Below are positions 48,205 through 58,154 of a stretch of DNA of 64,000 bases, in pieces (the first letter of the stretch is position 1; each line of letters begins with the position of its first letter). Source of the DNA: a virus (Duplodnaviria > Caudoviricetes); IMG/VR virus record IMGVR_UViG_3300012973_001074, positions 51,532 through 115,531 of that record; one strand, 5' to 3'. The position numbers were made by a program, and so were the translations under genes. The notes beneath the pieces were generated by a model. The model did no database searches. It was given only the letters and a program-made list of their open reading frames with translations, and was not told where the DNA came from.

Positions 48205-48576
48205 ATGCGCCCCATGTTTGCCGGTCTACTTCTCGCGCTCTCGCTGCTGATACCCAGTCGTGTTCAGGCGGACGAGCCAGACTCTCGGTGCGCCGCCAAA
48301 CAAGCTCGCATTGAGGAGCTGAAGGCCGAGCTTGCCGAGGCGGTTACTCGCCGCGAGGCCTGGGTGAAGGACCACTGCAAGCTTGTCCACAACGGGAAAG
48401 ATCCAAAGAAGCCCGCCGCCGGGCGCCACTGGGTCTGCGACGGCAAGTTCGCCGGCAACGAAGGCACCATCATCAAGAGCCCCGAGGAGATCCGGATCGA
48501 GAATCGGCTCTCGAGTGTCTCCGCGTGGATCACGGTCTGTTGCGGCGGTGACCCGCCGAGCATGTGTCGTCGCTAG
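48205..48576 (+). CDS. Secreted Cys-rich protein
   Basis: Signal peptide ending VQA; six Cys. Confidence 0.6.
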   Translation: MRPMFAGLLLALSLLIPSRVQADEPDSRCAAKQARIEELKAELAEAVTRREAWVKDHCKLVHNGKDPKKPAAGRHWVCDGKFAGNEGTIIKSPEEIRIENRLSSVSAWITVCCGGDPPSMCRR

Positions 48577-48623
48577 CAGTGGCATGATTGGCATGCGGCC
48601 CGTCGAGCGCGTAGGACCTCGAC

Positions 48624-48947
48624 GTGAGCTACTCGATCGACGAGGGCGTCGAGGAGGCGAGGAAGCGGCTGGCCGATCTCGAGGTCATCGCCGAACGCTT
48701 CCCCGACGCGACGATGACGGGCCTGCCCGACGGGCGGCAGGTTTGGTGCTCGTCGAGCATCGAACCGACCGACTTCTTGCTCGTGCGGGCGAAGGACTCG
48801 GTGGTGCTCTGCCCGTACGAGCTCGTCGGCGGCACGGCGGTATTCATCGCGCCGCCGGGCTGGGAAGACGCCTCGGTGTTCTTCCGTTCGATTGCGCGGC
48901 AAGACACCGTGCTGCACAAGCAGCTGCTCGCGAGGTTCGGCGGATGA
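48624..48947 (+). CDS. Hypothetical protein
   Basis: AGGA RBS; overlapping operon. Confidence 0.55.
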   Translation: MSYSIDEGVEEARKRLADLEVIAERFPDATMTGLPDGRQVWCSSSIEPTDFLLVRAKDSVVLCPYELVGGTAVFIAPPGWEDASVFFRSIARQDTVLHKQLLARFGG

Positions 48948-49231
48948 CGTTCCGCTCGGACCTCTCGAGCGTCGAGAGATCGCGCCTGCACCGGCTCGCC
49001 GGCGGTCCGATCGGCGACTGGACGACGGATCGCCGAGACGTCGTCGACAGCCTCGTGAGCCGTGGGCTCGCCCGCATCACGACGGACGTGCCGGCGCGCG
49101 CGCTCTGGTCGGCAGTGATCACGCCGGATGGGCGAGAGCTCCACATGCAGCTGTTCACCACGGGCGGGCTCTCAGCGGACGAGAAGCAGGGACGACACCG
49201 CTCGTGTGTGTGCCGCAAGTGCGGCCCGTGA
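48944..49231 (+). CDS. Hypothetical wHTH-like protein with Cys tail
   Basis: SLVSRGLA..ITPDGR; ATGA overlap. Confidence 0.5.
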   Translation: MTFRSDLSSVERSRLHRLAGGPIGDWTTDRRDVVDSLVSRGLARITTDVPARALWSAVITPDGRELHMQLFTTGGLSADEKQGRHRSCVCRKCGP

Positions 49232-49617
49232 GCGCCGGCTACCTCGCGATCGGATTCGACCCTGCTCGAGGGGACGATGAGAGCGTGGAGGTCATCTGTC
49301 GCCGTGAGGCGGATGGCTCAACTACAGTGATGTCCGTCCGTGTGATGCCGAAGTACCCCGACCACGTGCGCGACCTCGCGGCCCGGGCGCGCTCCCGCGT
49401 GCGCGAGGACTTCGTCGATCTGGTCTTGTCGGACTGGCTGGAAGAGCAGGGGCGGCTCGACGATGCCATGCTCCTCCGGCCGCCGCTCGCGAAGGAGTCG
49501 ACGTACGAGGAGCGAGAGCGTCGGCGAGCTCGCATGCAGCTGCTCTGCGAGATCGCGGGGCTGGACTGCCCGCTGTGGGCGCGCGTGAAGTCGACACCGC
49601 CGCGGCGGCTTCGTTAG
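49228..49617 (+). CDS. Hypothetical protein with a TIGR02996-like DWLEE motif
   Basis: LVLSDWLEEQGRLDDA. Confidence 0.5.
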   Translation: MSAGYLAIGFDPARGDDESVEVICRREADGSTTVMSVRVMPKYPDHVRDLAARARSRVREDFVDLVLSDWLEEQGRLDDAMLLRPPLAKESTYEERERRRARMQLLCEIAGLDCPLWARVKSTPPRRLR

Positions 49618-49649
49618 CGGAGCGCGCCGCTGGGCTGCAGGCTCGGCGC

Positions 49650-50000
49650 GTGGACCCAGTCGAGCACGCGTTTCACCTCTGGTGCTGGTACTACCTCGAG
49701 ACCGAGACCTACGACCGGATGGTATGTACCGGGCCGATCGAAGGCGGGTGCATTCACCCGATGAATCCGGAGGAGATGGGGCGCATCCAGCGCAACGCGG
49801 CGCTGACGGCGCGTCTCGTTCTCGCTGAGGAGCACCGGCTCGGCATCACGCCCGAGGAGTCGCGTCGCGGTAAGGAGCAAGCGCAGCTGTTCGAGGGACG
49901 GCTGGAGGACCTTCGCCGCTACGCCCAGGCGCCCCATCGACCCTCGTCGCTGCCGCCGGTGCTGAGCTTCGGGCGACCGAAATTCGGCAGGCGGCGCTAA
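49650..50000 (+). CDS. Hypothetical protein
   Basis: ETETYDRMVC; start uncertain. Confidence 0.45.
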   Translation: MDPVEHAFHLWCWYYLETETYDRMVCTGPIEGGCIHPMNPEEMGRIQRNAALTARLVLAEEHRLGITPEESRRGKEQAQLFEGRLEDLRRYAQAPHRPSSLPPVLSFGRPKFGRRR

Positions 50001-50093
50001 TGCGGCGAGGCCATCGCTGAACGTGCGGGCGGCGCGAAGGTCAGCGGAATGAATGGAGGAAGTGAAGCGGCTCATTCCCGCGGCACATCGGCG

Positions 50094-50129
50094 TTGTACG
50101 CTTGACGTACAACGTACAGGCCTCATACT
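50094..50129 (+). promoter_or_regulatory. higBA promoter/operator
   Basis: TTGTACG-N5-CGTACAA palindrome over TTGACG; CATACT -10. Confidence 0.7.
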
Positions 50130-50140
50130 GCTAGCAGTCG

Positions 50141-50422
50141 ATGGCGATCCGATCGTTCAAGTGCCCCGACACCGAGGCCGTGTATCGCGGAGAGCCATGC
50201 CGGCGCTTCGCAGCCATCCGCCAGATTCTTGAACGCAAGCTTCAGATGCTCGACAACGCGGTCACGCTGGGAGACCTCGGGTCTCCGCCTGGCAATCGGC
50301 TCGAACCCCTGAAGGGCGACCGAACCGGACAGCACTCTATCCGCGTAAACGGTCAGTGGAGGCTTTGCTTCGTCTGGACGGCATCGGGGCCCGAAGACGT
50401 TGAATGCGTCGACTATCACTGA
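50141..50422 (+). CDS. higB: HigB (RelE/ParE family) toxin
   Basis: IRSFKC..PPGNRLEPLKGDR.GQHSIRVNGQWRLCF..VDYH. Confidence 0.95.
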   Translation: MAIRSFKCPDTEAVYRGEPCRRFAAIRQILERKLQMLDNAVTLGDLGSPPGNRLEPLKGDRTGQHSIRVNGQWRLCFVWTASGPEDVECVDYH

Positions 50423-50434
50423 GGAGTTTTCACG

Positions 50435-50746
50435 ATGGCCACCCTCAAGAACAACATGCGGCCCATTCACCCGGGCGAGATCCTCCGAGAGGAGTACCTC
50501 GGCCCGATGGAGCTGAGCGCGAACAAGTTCGCAGAGGCGATCGGCGTCCCGACGAACCGCATCTCCGAGATCCTTCGTGAGGAGCGCGCCATTACCGCTG
50601 ACACGGCGCTGCGTCTCGCGCGTGCGCTCAACACCACGCCCGAGTTCTGGATGAACCTCCAGCAGTCCTACGAACTGCGCAAGGCTGAGAAGGGGAGCTC
50701 GCGGGAGCTGAAGGCGATCAAGCCGCTCCTCAAGACGGGCTCATGA
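50435..50746 (+). CDS. higA: HigA antitoxin
   Basis: PIHPGEILREEYL..ITADTALRL..FWMNLQ. Confidence 0.95.
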   Translation: MATLKNNMRPIHPGEILREEYLGPMELSANKFAEAIGVPTNRISEILREERAITADTALRLARALNTTPEFWMNLQQSYELRKAEKGSSRELKAIKPLLKTGS

Positions 50747-50801
50747 CCGCCGTTGCGAGCGAGCGAAGCGCCGTGCTTCGCGCTCGCTCACTGAGGCTAG
50801 G

Positions 50802-51275
50802 ATGAAGTGCATCAATTGCGACGGCTCGACGGCTGCCGGCACCACCGACCACGAGTTGAACGTCGGCATCGGGCGGCAGTTCGTCGTTACGATGCCGGCT
50901 TCGGTCTGCGAAGGATGTGGCGACGCGTACGTGAATCTCGACGTGCTCGGGGAGGCGGAACACGAGGTCGCGCGACGTCTCGCTGCATCAGGCGAGCCCA
51001 CCGGCGCATCGTTCCGCTTCATGCGCAAGACGCTCGGCATTCCGGCGGAGACGCTGGCAGCGGAGCTGGGCATCACTGCCGAAACGATCTCGGCATGGGA
51101 GAAGGACGATCGGCCGGTCGACGCAGCGACGTGGCTCCTTCTCGCGGGAATGGCTCGCGAGCCGAACGGAGAAGACGGGGAGATCCGACGACTGCTTCGC
51201 GCGCACGCCAAGTGGCGGTCGGGGGAGATGCCGCCCGAGCCGAACCCGATTCGACTCGAGCTGAAGGGCGCATGA
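50802..51275 (+). CDS. MqsA-like antitoxin (Zn ribbon + HTH)
   Basis: MKCINC..VCEGCGDAY; FMRKTLG..LAAELGIT.ETISAWE. Confidence 0.8.
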   Translation: MKCINCDGSTAAGTTDHELNVGIGRQFVVTMPASVCEGCGDAYVNLDVLGEAEHEVARRLAASGEPTGASFRFMRKTLGIPAETLAAELGITAETISAWEKDDRPVDAATWLLLAGMAREPNGEDGEIRRLLRAHAKWRSGEMPPEPNPIRLELKGA

Positions 51276-51808
51276 CGGGAGAGGCGAGCACGATGAGCGA
51301 ACAAGGGGCGCGGGATCCGGCAACGCGCTGGCGATTCACCGTCTTCGGTCTCGACGCGCGGGCGACGGTGCAGGACAACAAGGTCACGACCGTCGTCGGC
51401 GTCGGCAGCACCGTCGACGAGGTCCGGCGCCGCGCGGAGGAGCTTCTCCGTCAGGGGGGCTACGGGCGCGCGACCATCCACTTCAGCCCTAGCGATGCTG
51501 TCGAGGTCGAGTTCTTCCTCGAAAGGCCGTGCGCGCTCGACGCGCTTCGCATTCGCTTCTTGGCGCAGGGCATTCAGCACCTAACGGGCCAGGATATTGC
51601 TCACATCCTCGACGTAGACCTTCGCGACCTTCACGCTGCGCTGAAGCCGCTGGTCGACCGGCAGATGCTCGAGATCATGGACCAGGGCGAGGTGAACGAG
51701 ACCTGGGTGCTCGGCCTGCAGATGCGGAAGCTCGACGAGCTGCTGGAGCTCGCGAAGCGGCACGGCATCACGCTCGACGCGCCTCTGCGCCGTCGGCCTG
51801 CAACGTGA
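51272..51808 (+). CDS. Hypothetical protein with wHTH
   Basis: LTGQDIAHILDV..LKPLVDR. Confidence 0.55.
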   Translation: MTGEASTMSEQGARDPATRWRFTVFGLDARATVQDNKVTTVVGVGSTVDEVRRRAEELLRQGGYGRATIHFSPSDAVEVEFFLERPCALDALRIRFLAQGIQHLTGQDIAHILDVDLRDLHAALKPLVDRQMLEIMDQGEVNETWVLGLQMRKLDELLELAKRHGITLDAPLRRRPAT

Positions 51809-52075
51809 TCGTGTCGGTCGTCCGATGCCGCCGTGGCCGCCGCATCTCCTCCGCGTCCGCAAGTACCTGATCGAGGCGATGCGGATCATGCACCTTCACG
51901 GGCGCATGCGATGCGAACCGAAGCCCGGCATCAACGGCGGCCACACGATCACGATCGTTATCGACGTACCCGCTCCCGATGCGCCGCGGTCCGTTCGCGA
52001 CGAGAAGAGGGAGCAGGAGCGAACCCGGAGGTAGAGACCACCGGGCGCTGAAATCGACGCACCGAAGGAGGGACC

Positions 52076-52420
52076 GTGGCGCTCATCTTTTGCCCCGACT
52101 GCACCGGAGAAGTCTCCGACCAGGCACCGTCATGTCCGCATTGCGGCCGGCCGATACAGGGGTTGGTGTCCGCTCAAGCCTTGCCGGCCGCACAGATCAT
52201 GTTGCGCCTGAAACAGATCATCGGCTTCGGCGTGCTCGCGTACATGGCCTGGTTCCTCGTCAGCCTCTACTCGGCGCATCAGCAAGGCTCTCCCCCCGAT
52301 GCGAAGTTCTGCAGCGAGTGGCTGAACTACTACGAGACCTTCTGCAAAGCGTACCCGTCGCACTGTGCCGAGGGGCCGCGCAAGAAGGCTCGCTGCGACC
52401 AGGGATGGGACAAGCGCTAA
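52076..52420 (+). CDS. Zinc-ribbon membrane protein
   Basis: CPDC..VSDQAPSCPHCGRP + TM helix; AAGGAGG RBS. Confidence 0.75.
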   Translation: MALIFCPDCTGEVSDQAPSCPHCGRPIQGLVSAQALPAAQIMLRLKQIIGFGVLAYMAWFLVSLYSAHQQGSPPDAKFCSEWLNYYETFCKAYPSHCAEGPRKKARCDQGWDKR

Positions 52421-52498
52421 AGCGCGGCGGTGGAAGGTCGAAGCTACGAGCTCCGGGCGAAGTTGCCGGAGCGAGCCGCATCCACCGCCGCCAGTGAG

Positions 52499-53032
52499 TC
52501 AGCGCTTGTCGTCGTCCTTGCGTTCGCCGCTCTGCTGCTCGCCGGACTTCTGCTGCTTGCCGGTGTCGCCCGTGAAACCGGGCTGACCCGGGCCCGGCGG
52601 CGTCGGCGTCGCGCCGGGTTCGCCGGCCTTCGGCTCGCCCTGCTCCGGCGACATCGGCTTCGGAATGATCCGGTTCGGATCGTCGGGGTCGCGGTTCGCC
52701 GACAGGACGTCATCGGTCGTGCGCTCCACGGCGTTCGTCGCCATCTCGGTGGCCGAAGGCTGCGTGAAGTTGTGGGTCTGAGGAACGAACGGCGGGCTGC
52801 CGACCACCTTCGGGTGGATCGGCTCGGGCTTGCCGTCCTGCTGCGGCGCGAACTTCGGATGCTCCGGCTCGCCGGTCATCGCTTCGCGCGCGCGCTGCAG
52901 GTCCTGCTCGGTGCGCGTCGGCGTCGTGCCTGTGGTCGTGGTGGCCGCGCCGGCGCGACGTGCAGCGGCCGCGGCATCCGCCGGAGCCGGGGTCGGCGGC
53001 GGCGACTTCGGGGTGATTCCATCGTTACGCAT
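52499..53032 (-). CDS. Pro/Thr-rich low-complexity protein
   Basis: AGGAGG RBS; composition. Confidence 0.6.
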   Translation of the reverse strand: MRNDGITPKSPPPTPAPADAAAAARRAGAATTTTGTTPTRTEQDLQRAREAMTGEPEHPKFAPQQDGKPEPIHPKVVGSPPFVPQTHNFTQPSATEMATNAVERTTDDVLSANRDPDDPNRIIPKPMSPEQGEPKAGEPGATPTPPGPGQPGFTGDTGKQQKSGEQQSGERKDDDKR

Positions 53033-53149
53033 GAGATGCCTCCTGAGGCGAAAGGCGGCGATGGTGCAGGTTCGTCAACCTGATGGACGCATCATCGCCG
53101 CGGTACGTGCGTCCAGTTCTACGGTGCAAGCGAGCAGCCACGCCAAGCC

Positions 53150-53518
53150 TCACCCGGCTTTGCGCGGCGCGCTCACGCGTGCGAGAGCGACGATGTTCTT
53201 GTGCTGCAGCTCGACGCGCTTGCTCAGGATCGCGAGCTTCTCGCGCGCGTCCTCGAGCTCGCTCGCGAGGAAGTCGATCTGTCGCTGCAGCGACTCGGGG
53301 TCGAGGAACCACTGTGGCGCGATCGCCTGCAGGGCCGATAGCGTGATCGTCCAGCGCGGTCGCCGCGTGCCGCGCGACACGTTGCGGAGCAGACCTCCGT
53401 CCAGTTCGCGGTGTTTTGCGAGCAGGTGACGACGCATCCGCGTCGTCGTCCAGCCCGCCATCTTGGCGACCTGCGGGATGGTGAAGACGGTGCCGAGCTG
53501 CGCCTCCTTCGGCGCCAT
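53150..53518 (-). CDS. HTH (MerR/excisionase-like) + coiled-coil protein
   Basis: FTIPQVAKMAGW..MRRHL. Confidence 0.6.
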   Translation of the reverse strand: MAPKEAQLGTVFTIPQVAKMAGWTTTRMRRHLLAKHRELDGGLLRNVSRGTRRPRWTITLSALQAIAPQWFLDPESLQRQIDFLASELEDAREKLAILSKRVELQHKNIVALARVSAPRKAG

Positions 53519-53532
53519 CCGCGTCCCTCCGA

Positions 53533-54279
53533 TCACGCGACCCTCTTCGAAGGCGCGCGCAGCTTCGCCTCGAAGAGAGCACTGTCCCGCAGCTCGGCTT
53601 CATATCGGAGCCGCTCGAGGTATTCGCGATTCGGTCGGCGCTCGTCGTCGATGCGCGCGCGACGGAGCTCGTCGTAGTGGACGATGGCCTCGGTCTCGCG
53701 ACGCTCGGCGGCCCAGAGCGCGGGCTGAAGCTTGTGCCCCGACGGGAACGCCTTGCCGGGCCGCACGTCCTCGTTGCGGAGCGCGTCGACCTCCTCGCAG
53801 ACGAAAGCGAGCAGGTCGGCGAACGTCCCGGGCACGTGTCGGCGCTGCTTGCGTCGCGTCCGCTCGTACGCGCCGAACATCTCGTCGGTCGAGAGCGCGA
53901 GCGGCAGCAGCTGGCGGCCCTTGACGGAGAACCGGCAGTACACCGCCCAGTTCGCTCGGTCCTTCTCCTTCACGGTCCGTCCGTCGATCCGTCCCCAGCC
54001 GAAGGGCCGATAGGCAAGCTCGAGGTCGGTGCGGTGCAGCGGCGAGAGCTTGGCGAGCGTCGAGCGGACCTTCTCGTTGCGCGCCACGTCAGCTCGGTGC
54101 CCGATCGACCGGCGCGCTGCGTGCGCTCGCGCGATCTTGGCGTCGTCCCAGATGCCGGAGGACGAGGAGTCGCCGATGCATTGTGCATGGAGGCCCATCG
54201 CTGCATCGGCGGCCGCGAAGTACCAGCCGACCTCGTCCCTCGCGGCTCGCAGAAGATCCGTGTGCTCGTGCAGATCCAT
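53533..54279 (-). CDS. Hypothetical protein at the late-regulator position
   Basis: GAGGAGG RBS; after the RusA-like gene. Confidence 0.6.
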   Translation of the reverse strand: MDLHEHTDLLRAARDEVGWYFAAADAAMGLHAQCIGDSSSSGIWDDAKIARAHAARRSIGHRADVARNEKVRSTLAKLSPLHRTDLELAYRPFGWGRIDGRTVKEKDRANWAVYCRFSVKGRQLLPLALSTDEMFGAYERTRRKQRRHVPGTFADLLAFVCEEVDALRNEDVRPGKAFPSGHKLQPALWAAERRETEAIVHYDELRRARIDDERRPNREYLERLRYEAELRDSALFEAKLRAPSKRVA

Positions 54280-54421
54280 GTCCACTCCTCCTCGGGTCCG
54301 AGCCTGCTCGGGCCCGTGCTGCTATGGTCCTGAGTGAGGAGAGGCCGTCGGGGTCTCGAGTCAGGGGCCTCGGCGGTGGTCAGACCGCCGAGGCCTTCGT
54401 CATCCAACGCGCGTGCCGGCG

Positions 54422-55093
54422 CTACCTTCGCGCGCGCTTGCGCGGTCCGCCAAGGATGGCCTGCGTCATCGGGCCCCCTTGGAAGACGATCGGCTCGACG
54501 CGAGCATCGTGCGGATCGCCCTCGGGAACCGCCTCTTGCGAGACCTCGAACACCTCGACCAGGACGTGCGTGTTACCTCGCTCGGTCTTCGCGACGATCG
54601 CTTCGCGCTTGAGCAGCGCCGGCGTGTCGCCGGCGAGCACGCCACACCGCACCAGGGCATCAACGGGCATCTTCCCGCCGATAGCATCGACCGCGGCGTC
54701 GTCCACACGCTTGGGCTGCGTCGTAAAGCGCGTGACGCGGACCCATCGCTGCTTCTGCGCGCCGTAGAGGCTCAAGCCCGGGGTCGTCGCGACCATCGCG
54801 TGCAGCTGCTTGTCGAGCGCCTTGCAGATCTCCTTGCGCTGCCACGGCTTCATGTACGTGTACTCGTTCATCGACGGCGCCTCGTACTTCGGCCGGAGCC
54901 GCCATTCGAGGACCTTCGCCCCGCGCTCGATCGCGCCTGCGTGCGTCGCGATCATCACTTTCGTCTTGTCGATGAGCTCGCTGACGTCGACGACCTCCTC
55001 GGCGTTCAGCGGGCGGCCTCCCGGCGGAAGCAGCCGCGAGAGGTGACCGAAGATCTTCCGGAGCTCGTTCTTTGTGTACTCGGGCGCCTTCAC
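54422..55093 (-). CDS. RusA-like Holliday junction resolvase
   Basis: PSMNE..VRVTR..DDAAVD..GGKMPVDALVRCGVLAGDT. Confidence 0.7.
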   Translation of the reverse strand: MKAPEYTKNELRKIFGHLSRLLPPGGRPLNAEEVVDVSELIDKTKVMIATHAGAIERGAKVLEWRLRPKYEAPSMNEYTYMKPWQRKEICKALDKQLHAMVATTPGLSLYGAQKQRWVRVTRFTTQPKRVDDAAVDAIGGKMPVDALVRCGVLAGDTPALLKREAIVAKTERGNTHVLVEVFEVSQEAVPEGDPHDARVEPIVFQGGPMTQAILGGPRKRARR

Positions 55094-55260
55094 TGCGGGC
55101 CTCCCATCGAGGGCAGGCAGCGCGACGGCACCGCGGTAAGCGGTAGCCAGCCGAACCACGAGCACGGCGCGACGCACGTCGAGAGCAGCCAGCCGAAGAG
55201 GAGCACGACGCCGAGGACGACGACCGTAATGTGAAAGGTGCTTTCGACCTTCGGGTTCAT
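55090..55260 (-). CDS. Small membrane protein
   Basis: Overlaps both neighbours; hydrophobic stretch. Confidence 0.45.
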   Translation of the reverse strand: MNPKVESTFHITVVVLGVVLLFGWLLSTCVAPCSWFGWLPLTAVPSRCLPSMGGPQ

Positions 55261-56807
55261 AGGTCCTCCGTCGTGAAGAATTCGCGCTGCTCGTTGTCCA
55301 CCTCGCGGTCCGCGTTCTTGACGTACGGCTCGCCGTCGTCCTGTGGCGGGGGGTTGTCGTCGAAGTCGGCGAGGTTGAAGAAGCGCGTCCAGTGCTTGTC
55401 GAAGCCGAGCTTCACGACGCCCGTTTCGCCGTTGCGCTGCTTGCCGATGATGACCTCGGCGAGGTTCGCCTCCTCGGAGTCCTCGAAGTAGTAGTCGTCC
55501 CGGTAGAGGAGGATGATGTTGTCCGCGTCCTGCTCGATCTCGCCCGAGTCTCTGAGGTCACTCATGACCGGTCGCTTGTCCTCGCGCCGTTCGACCTCAC
55601 GATTGAGCTGCGAGAGGACGACGATCGGTATCGACAGTTCCTTCGCCGTCGCCTTCACGTCGCGAGTGATCTCGCCGATGAGCTCGGACCGCGTCTCGCC
55701 CTTGCTCCGCGGACGCGTCTTCATCAGCTGCAGAAAGTCGATGATCGCGACGCCGAGCTTCTTGTCGTGCCGCTCGCAGTACGCCTTGTGTCGTCGGAGC
55801 TTCGTCTTGATCGTGCCCCACGACTGATTTGGCGTGTCGTCGATGTGGATCCACTTCGGCCAAACCTGATCGGCCTCGAAGGTGAGCTTCTGCCAGTCGG
55901 TGGCGTTCAGCTCACCGGTTCGGAGCTTCGCGAGGTTCACGCGTCCGCGCGTGCAGAGCAGGCGCGTGACGAGCTGCTCCTTCGGCATCTCGAGGGAGAA
56001 GATCGCGCCCGCGTAGTCGCGCTCCGTGACGTTGTCGCAGATGCCCATCACGAACGCGGTCTTGCCGAGGCCCGGACGTGCGGCGACGATCGTGAGGTCG
56101 CCGTCGTGAAGGCCACCGGTCTTCTTGTCGAGACGCGCGAAGCCCGTCGCGATGCCGACGATGCCTCCGCCCTTCGCTTGATGGTCGCGGAGCTTGCGCA
56201 TCGCCTCCTTCGCGATCGGACCGACAGCGACGAGCTCGCCCGTGTGCCGAGTCGAGGTGATGGTGCCGATGTCCGATTCGAGCTCGCCGAAGAACTCGTC
56301 GGCGTGCTCGTCGGCGACGCCCTGATAGAGGCGCAGGGTCGCGATCCGGAGCTTGTGCGCGAGCCGGCGCATGCGCGCTCGGTTCGCGACGCGCCTCGCG
56401 TAGCCCTGCAGGTGCGCCGTCGTCAGGACGGGAGCCGCGTCGAGGATCTGATGCAGGTACGGCATGCCGCCGACCTGCGCGAGCCTCTGGCGCTCCTTCA
56501 GCCAGGCGGCGACCTGCACCGAGTCGATCGGCTGCCCCTTCGAAGCGAGCTCCGCGATCGCCTCGAAGATGCGCCGGTGCGCCTCGGAGTAGAAGTCCTC
56601 CGCCGTCACGAGCGCCGAGACTTCGTCGTATGCCTCGCTCGTCCCGCGAAGGATGCACGCGGAGAGCACGGCGGCCTCGGCATCGAGGTCGTGCGGCGGC
56701 ACCTTGCCCTCGACCTGGGCGGCGAGCTTTTGCTGCTCGCGCTGGTCGTTCTCGGGACGCTCGGGCTCGCGCGGCCGGCTCTGCCCGCCGCTCGGCGCGG
56801 CGCTCAT
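55257..56807 (-). CDS. dnaB: Replicative DNA helicase
   Basis: PPHDLDAEAAVL, AARPGLGKT, FSLEM, IDFLQL, LSQLNR, SDLRDSGEIEQDAD, KQRNG. Confidence 0.96.
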   Translation of the reverse strand: MSAAPSGGQSRPREPERPENDQREQQKLAAQVEGKVPPHDLDAEAAVLSACILRGTSEAYDEVSALVTAEDFYSEAHRRIFEAIAELASKGQPIDSVQVAAWLKERQRLAQVGGMPYLHQILDAAPVLTTAHLQGYARRVANRARMRRLAHKLRIATLRLYQGVADEHADEFFGELESDIGTITSTRHTGELVAVGPIAKEAMRKLRDHQAKGGGIVGIATGFARLDKKTGGLHDGDLTIVAARPGLGKTAFVMGICDNVTERDYAGAIFSLEMPKEQLVTRLLCTRGRVNLAKLRTGELNATDWQKLTFEADQVWPKWIHIDDTPNQSWGTIKTKLRRHKAYCERHDKKLGVAIIDFLQLMKTRPRSKGETRSELIGEITRDVKATAKELSIPIVVLSQLNREVERREDKRPVMSDLRDSGEIEQDADNIILLYRDDYYFEDSEEANLAEVIIGKQRNGETGVVKLGFDKHWTRFFNLADFDDNPPPQDDGEPYVKNADREVDNEQREFFTTEDL

Positions 56808-57970
56808 GCTCGCCCTCCGGGGAGCTGTTCGGACGGCGGCGGCTCCGCGGCCCTACGCGGGGCTTCCGGGGCGGTCGGGCATCCGTTGCCAGTTGTCGAC
56901 GCCAAGGGGCGTCTACGGGGCGGTTCCGGGGCCTCCCGAGGCCGATTTCGGACCGGCGCCGGCTCGTCGCCGAGGACCTTGTGGATCGCCGGCTTACGCT
57001 GCGTCGCGTTGCCAGTCGGCGCTGCGGCGGAAGCTGCCAGGGACGGCGCCGATTCGGTCTCGGACGGCCGTCCGCCGTTCAGCCAGCGCAGAAAGCCGTC
57101 GGGCCCGAACGACGACCAGAACGTCGCTCGCGGTCGCACGGCTCGGACGAAGGCGGCGACCTCGCGACGGATCCACGCGTCGCTCTCGCCCGGCGTGGTG
57201 CAGTGGCCCTCGACGGCGCGACGCAAGCCCGAGAGCTGCTTGTCCGGGAACGCCCACGGTGCGCCGAGCGTCTCGCGGACCGTCTCGGCGTAGGCGTCGC
57301 GCCAGAACGGATCCTCCATCCGCGAAAACCTAGGCGGCGATGAGCTCGCCGGTGGCGGTGCGCTCGCGAGCGGGACCGGGGGACCGGTCCGGAAGTCCTC
57401 GGGCGCAGCGGCGGCCGGCGGAGGCGGGGGCGGCGGCGGCTCGGACGGCTTTGCTTCGCCCGGTTTGGGGGCCCCGGGGGTCTTTGTCTCTCTGGGGATC
57501 GGGATCGGGATCGGGATCGGGGTTCGTTCCTGCTCCGCCGTTGCTTGCCCAATTGCTTCGCCGCTTGCTTCGCCCTCGTGAAGCAATTGCTTCGTGCTTT
57601 GCTTCGCGTGGGCTTTTGCGCGACGCGTGGCCCCGCTTCGCAGGCCGCCTCGTCGACCAGCCTCGGCGCGCGTGGCGCGGCGATCGAGGACCTCTTCGAT
57701 CGTCGGGTTGTAGTCGAGGAAGTCGTGGATCTGGAAGTCGTCGCCGACGGGCTCGACCAGCCCGACAGTCGACCTGCCCTTCGCCTCGATGAGGCGCTGC
57801 CAGACCTTCGGGCCGGCGATGAGCATGGCGGTCGCTCGCGGGATGAAGCCTTCCGTCCCTCGCGAGCTCGACCACTGCCCCGCGCGGACCCACGCGCCGT
57901 AGGCCTCGTTGCCGGCTTGGATGACCTTCTCGTGGAAGGCGCCTTGATCATCGAGTCTGAACCACGGCAT
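56804..57970 (-). CDS. Phage replication initiator
   Basis: MPWFRLDD..HEKV, IHDFLDYN, RAEAGRRGG; upstream of dnaB; internal iterons. Confidence 0.8.
   Translation of the reverse strand: MPWFRLDDQGAFHEKVIQAGNEAYGAWVRAGQWSSSRGTEGFIPRATAMLIAGPKVWQRLIEAKGRSTVGLVEPVGDDFQIHDFLDYNPTIEEVLDRRATRAEAGRRGGLRSGATRRAKAHAKQSTKQLLHEGEASGEAIGQATAEQERTPIPIPIPIPRETKTPGAPKPGEAKPSEPPPPPPPPAAAAPEDFRTGPPVPLASAPPPASSSPPRFSRMEDPFWRDAYAETVRETLGAPWAFPDKQLSGLRRAVEGHCTTPGESDAWIRREVAAFVRAVRPRATFWSSFGPDGFLRWLNGGRPSETESAPSLAASAAAPTGNATQRKPAIHKVLGDEPAPVRNRPREAPEPPRRRPLASTTGNGCPTAPEAPRRAAEPPPSEQLPGGRA
57541..57606. repeat. TTGCTT(CG) iteron cluster, putative origin
   Basis: Five to six copies, including palindrome GAAGCAATTGCTTC; extra copy at 57451. 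Confidence 0.65.
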
Positions 57971-58154
57971 CACGCACGCTCCTCTCGCCAGACGCGCGCC
58001 CCCACAGCGCGGAATTCTCCTTCGACCTCGGAGCGCAGCTGTCCGAGGTCCCAACCACGCCGCGACGTCCGCGGCTGCTCCACCGTGCGTCGCTCGCTCG
58101 GAGCGGCCGCGTGTTCGGCACTGTTGCTGGCCGGCGATCGGCGGCGACGGATGA

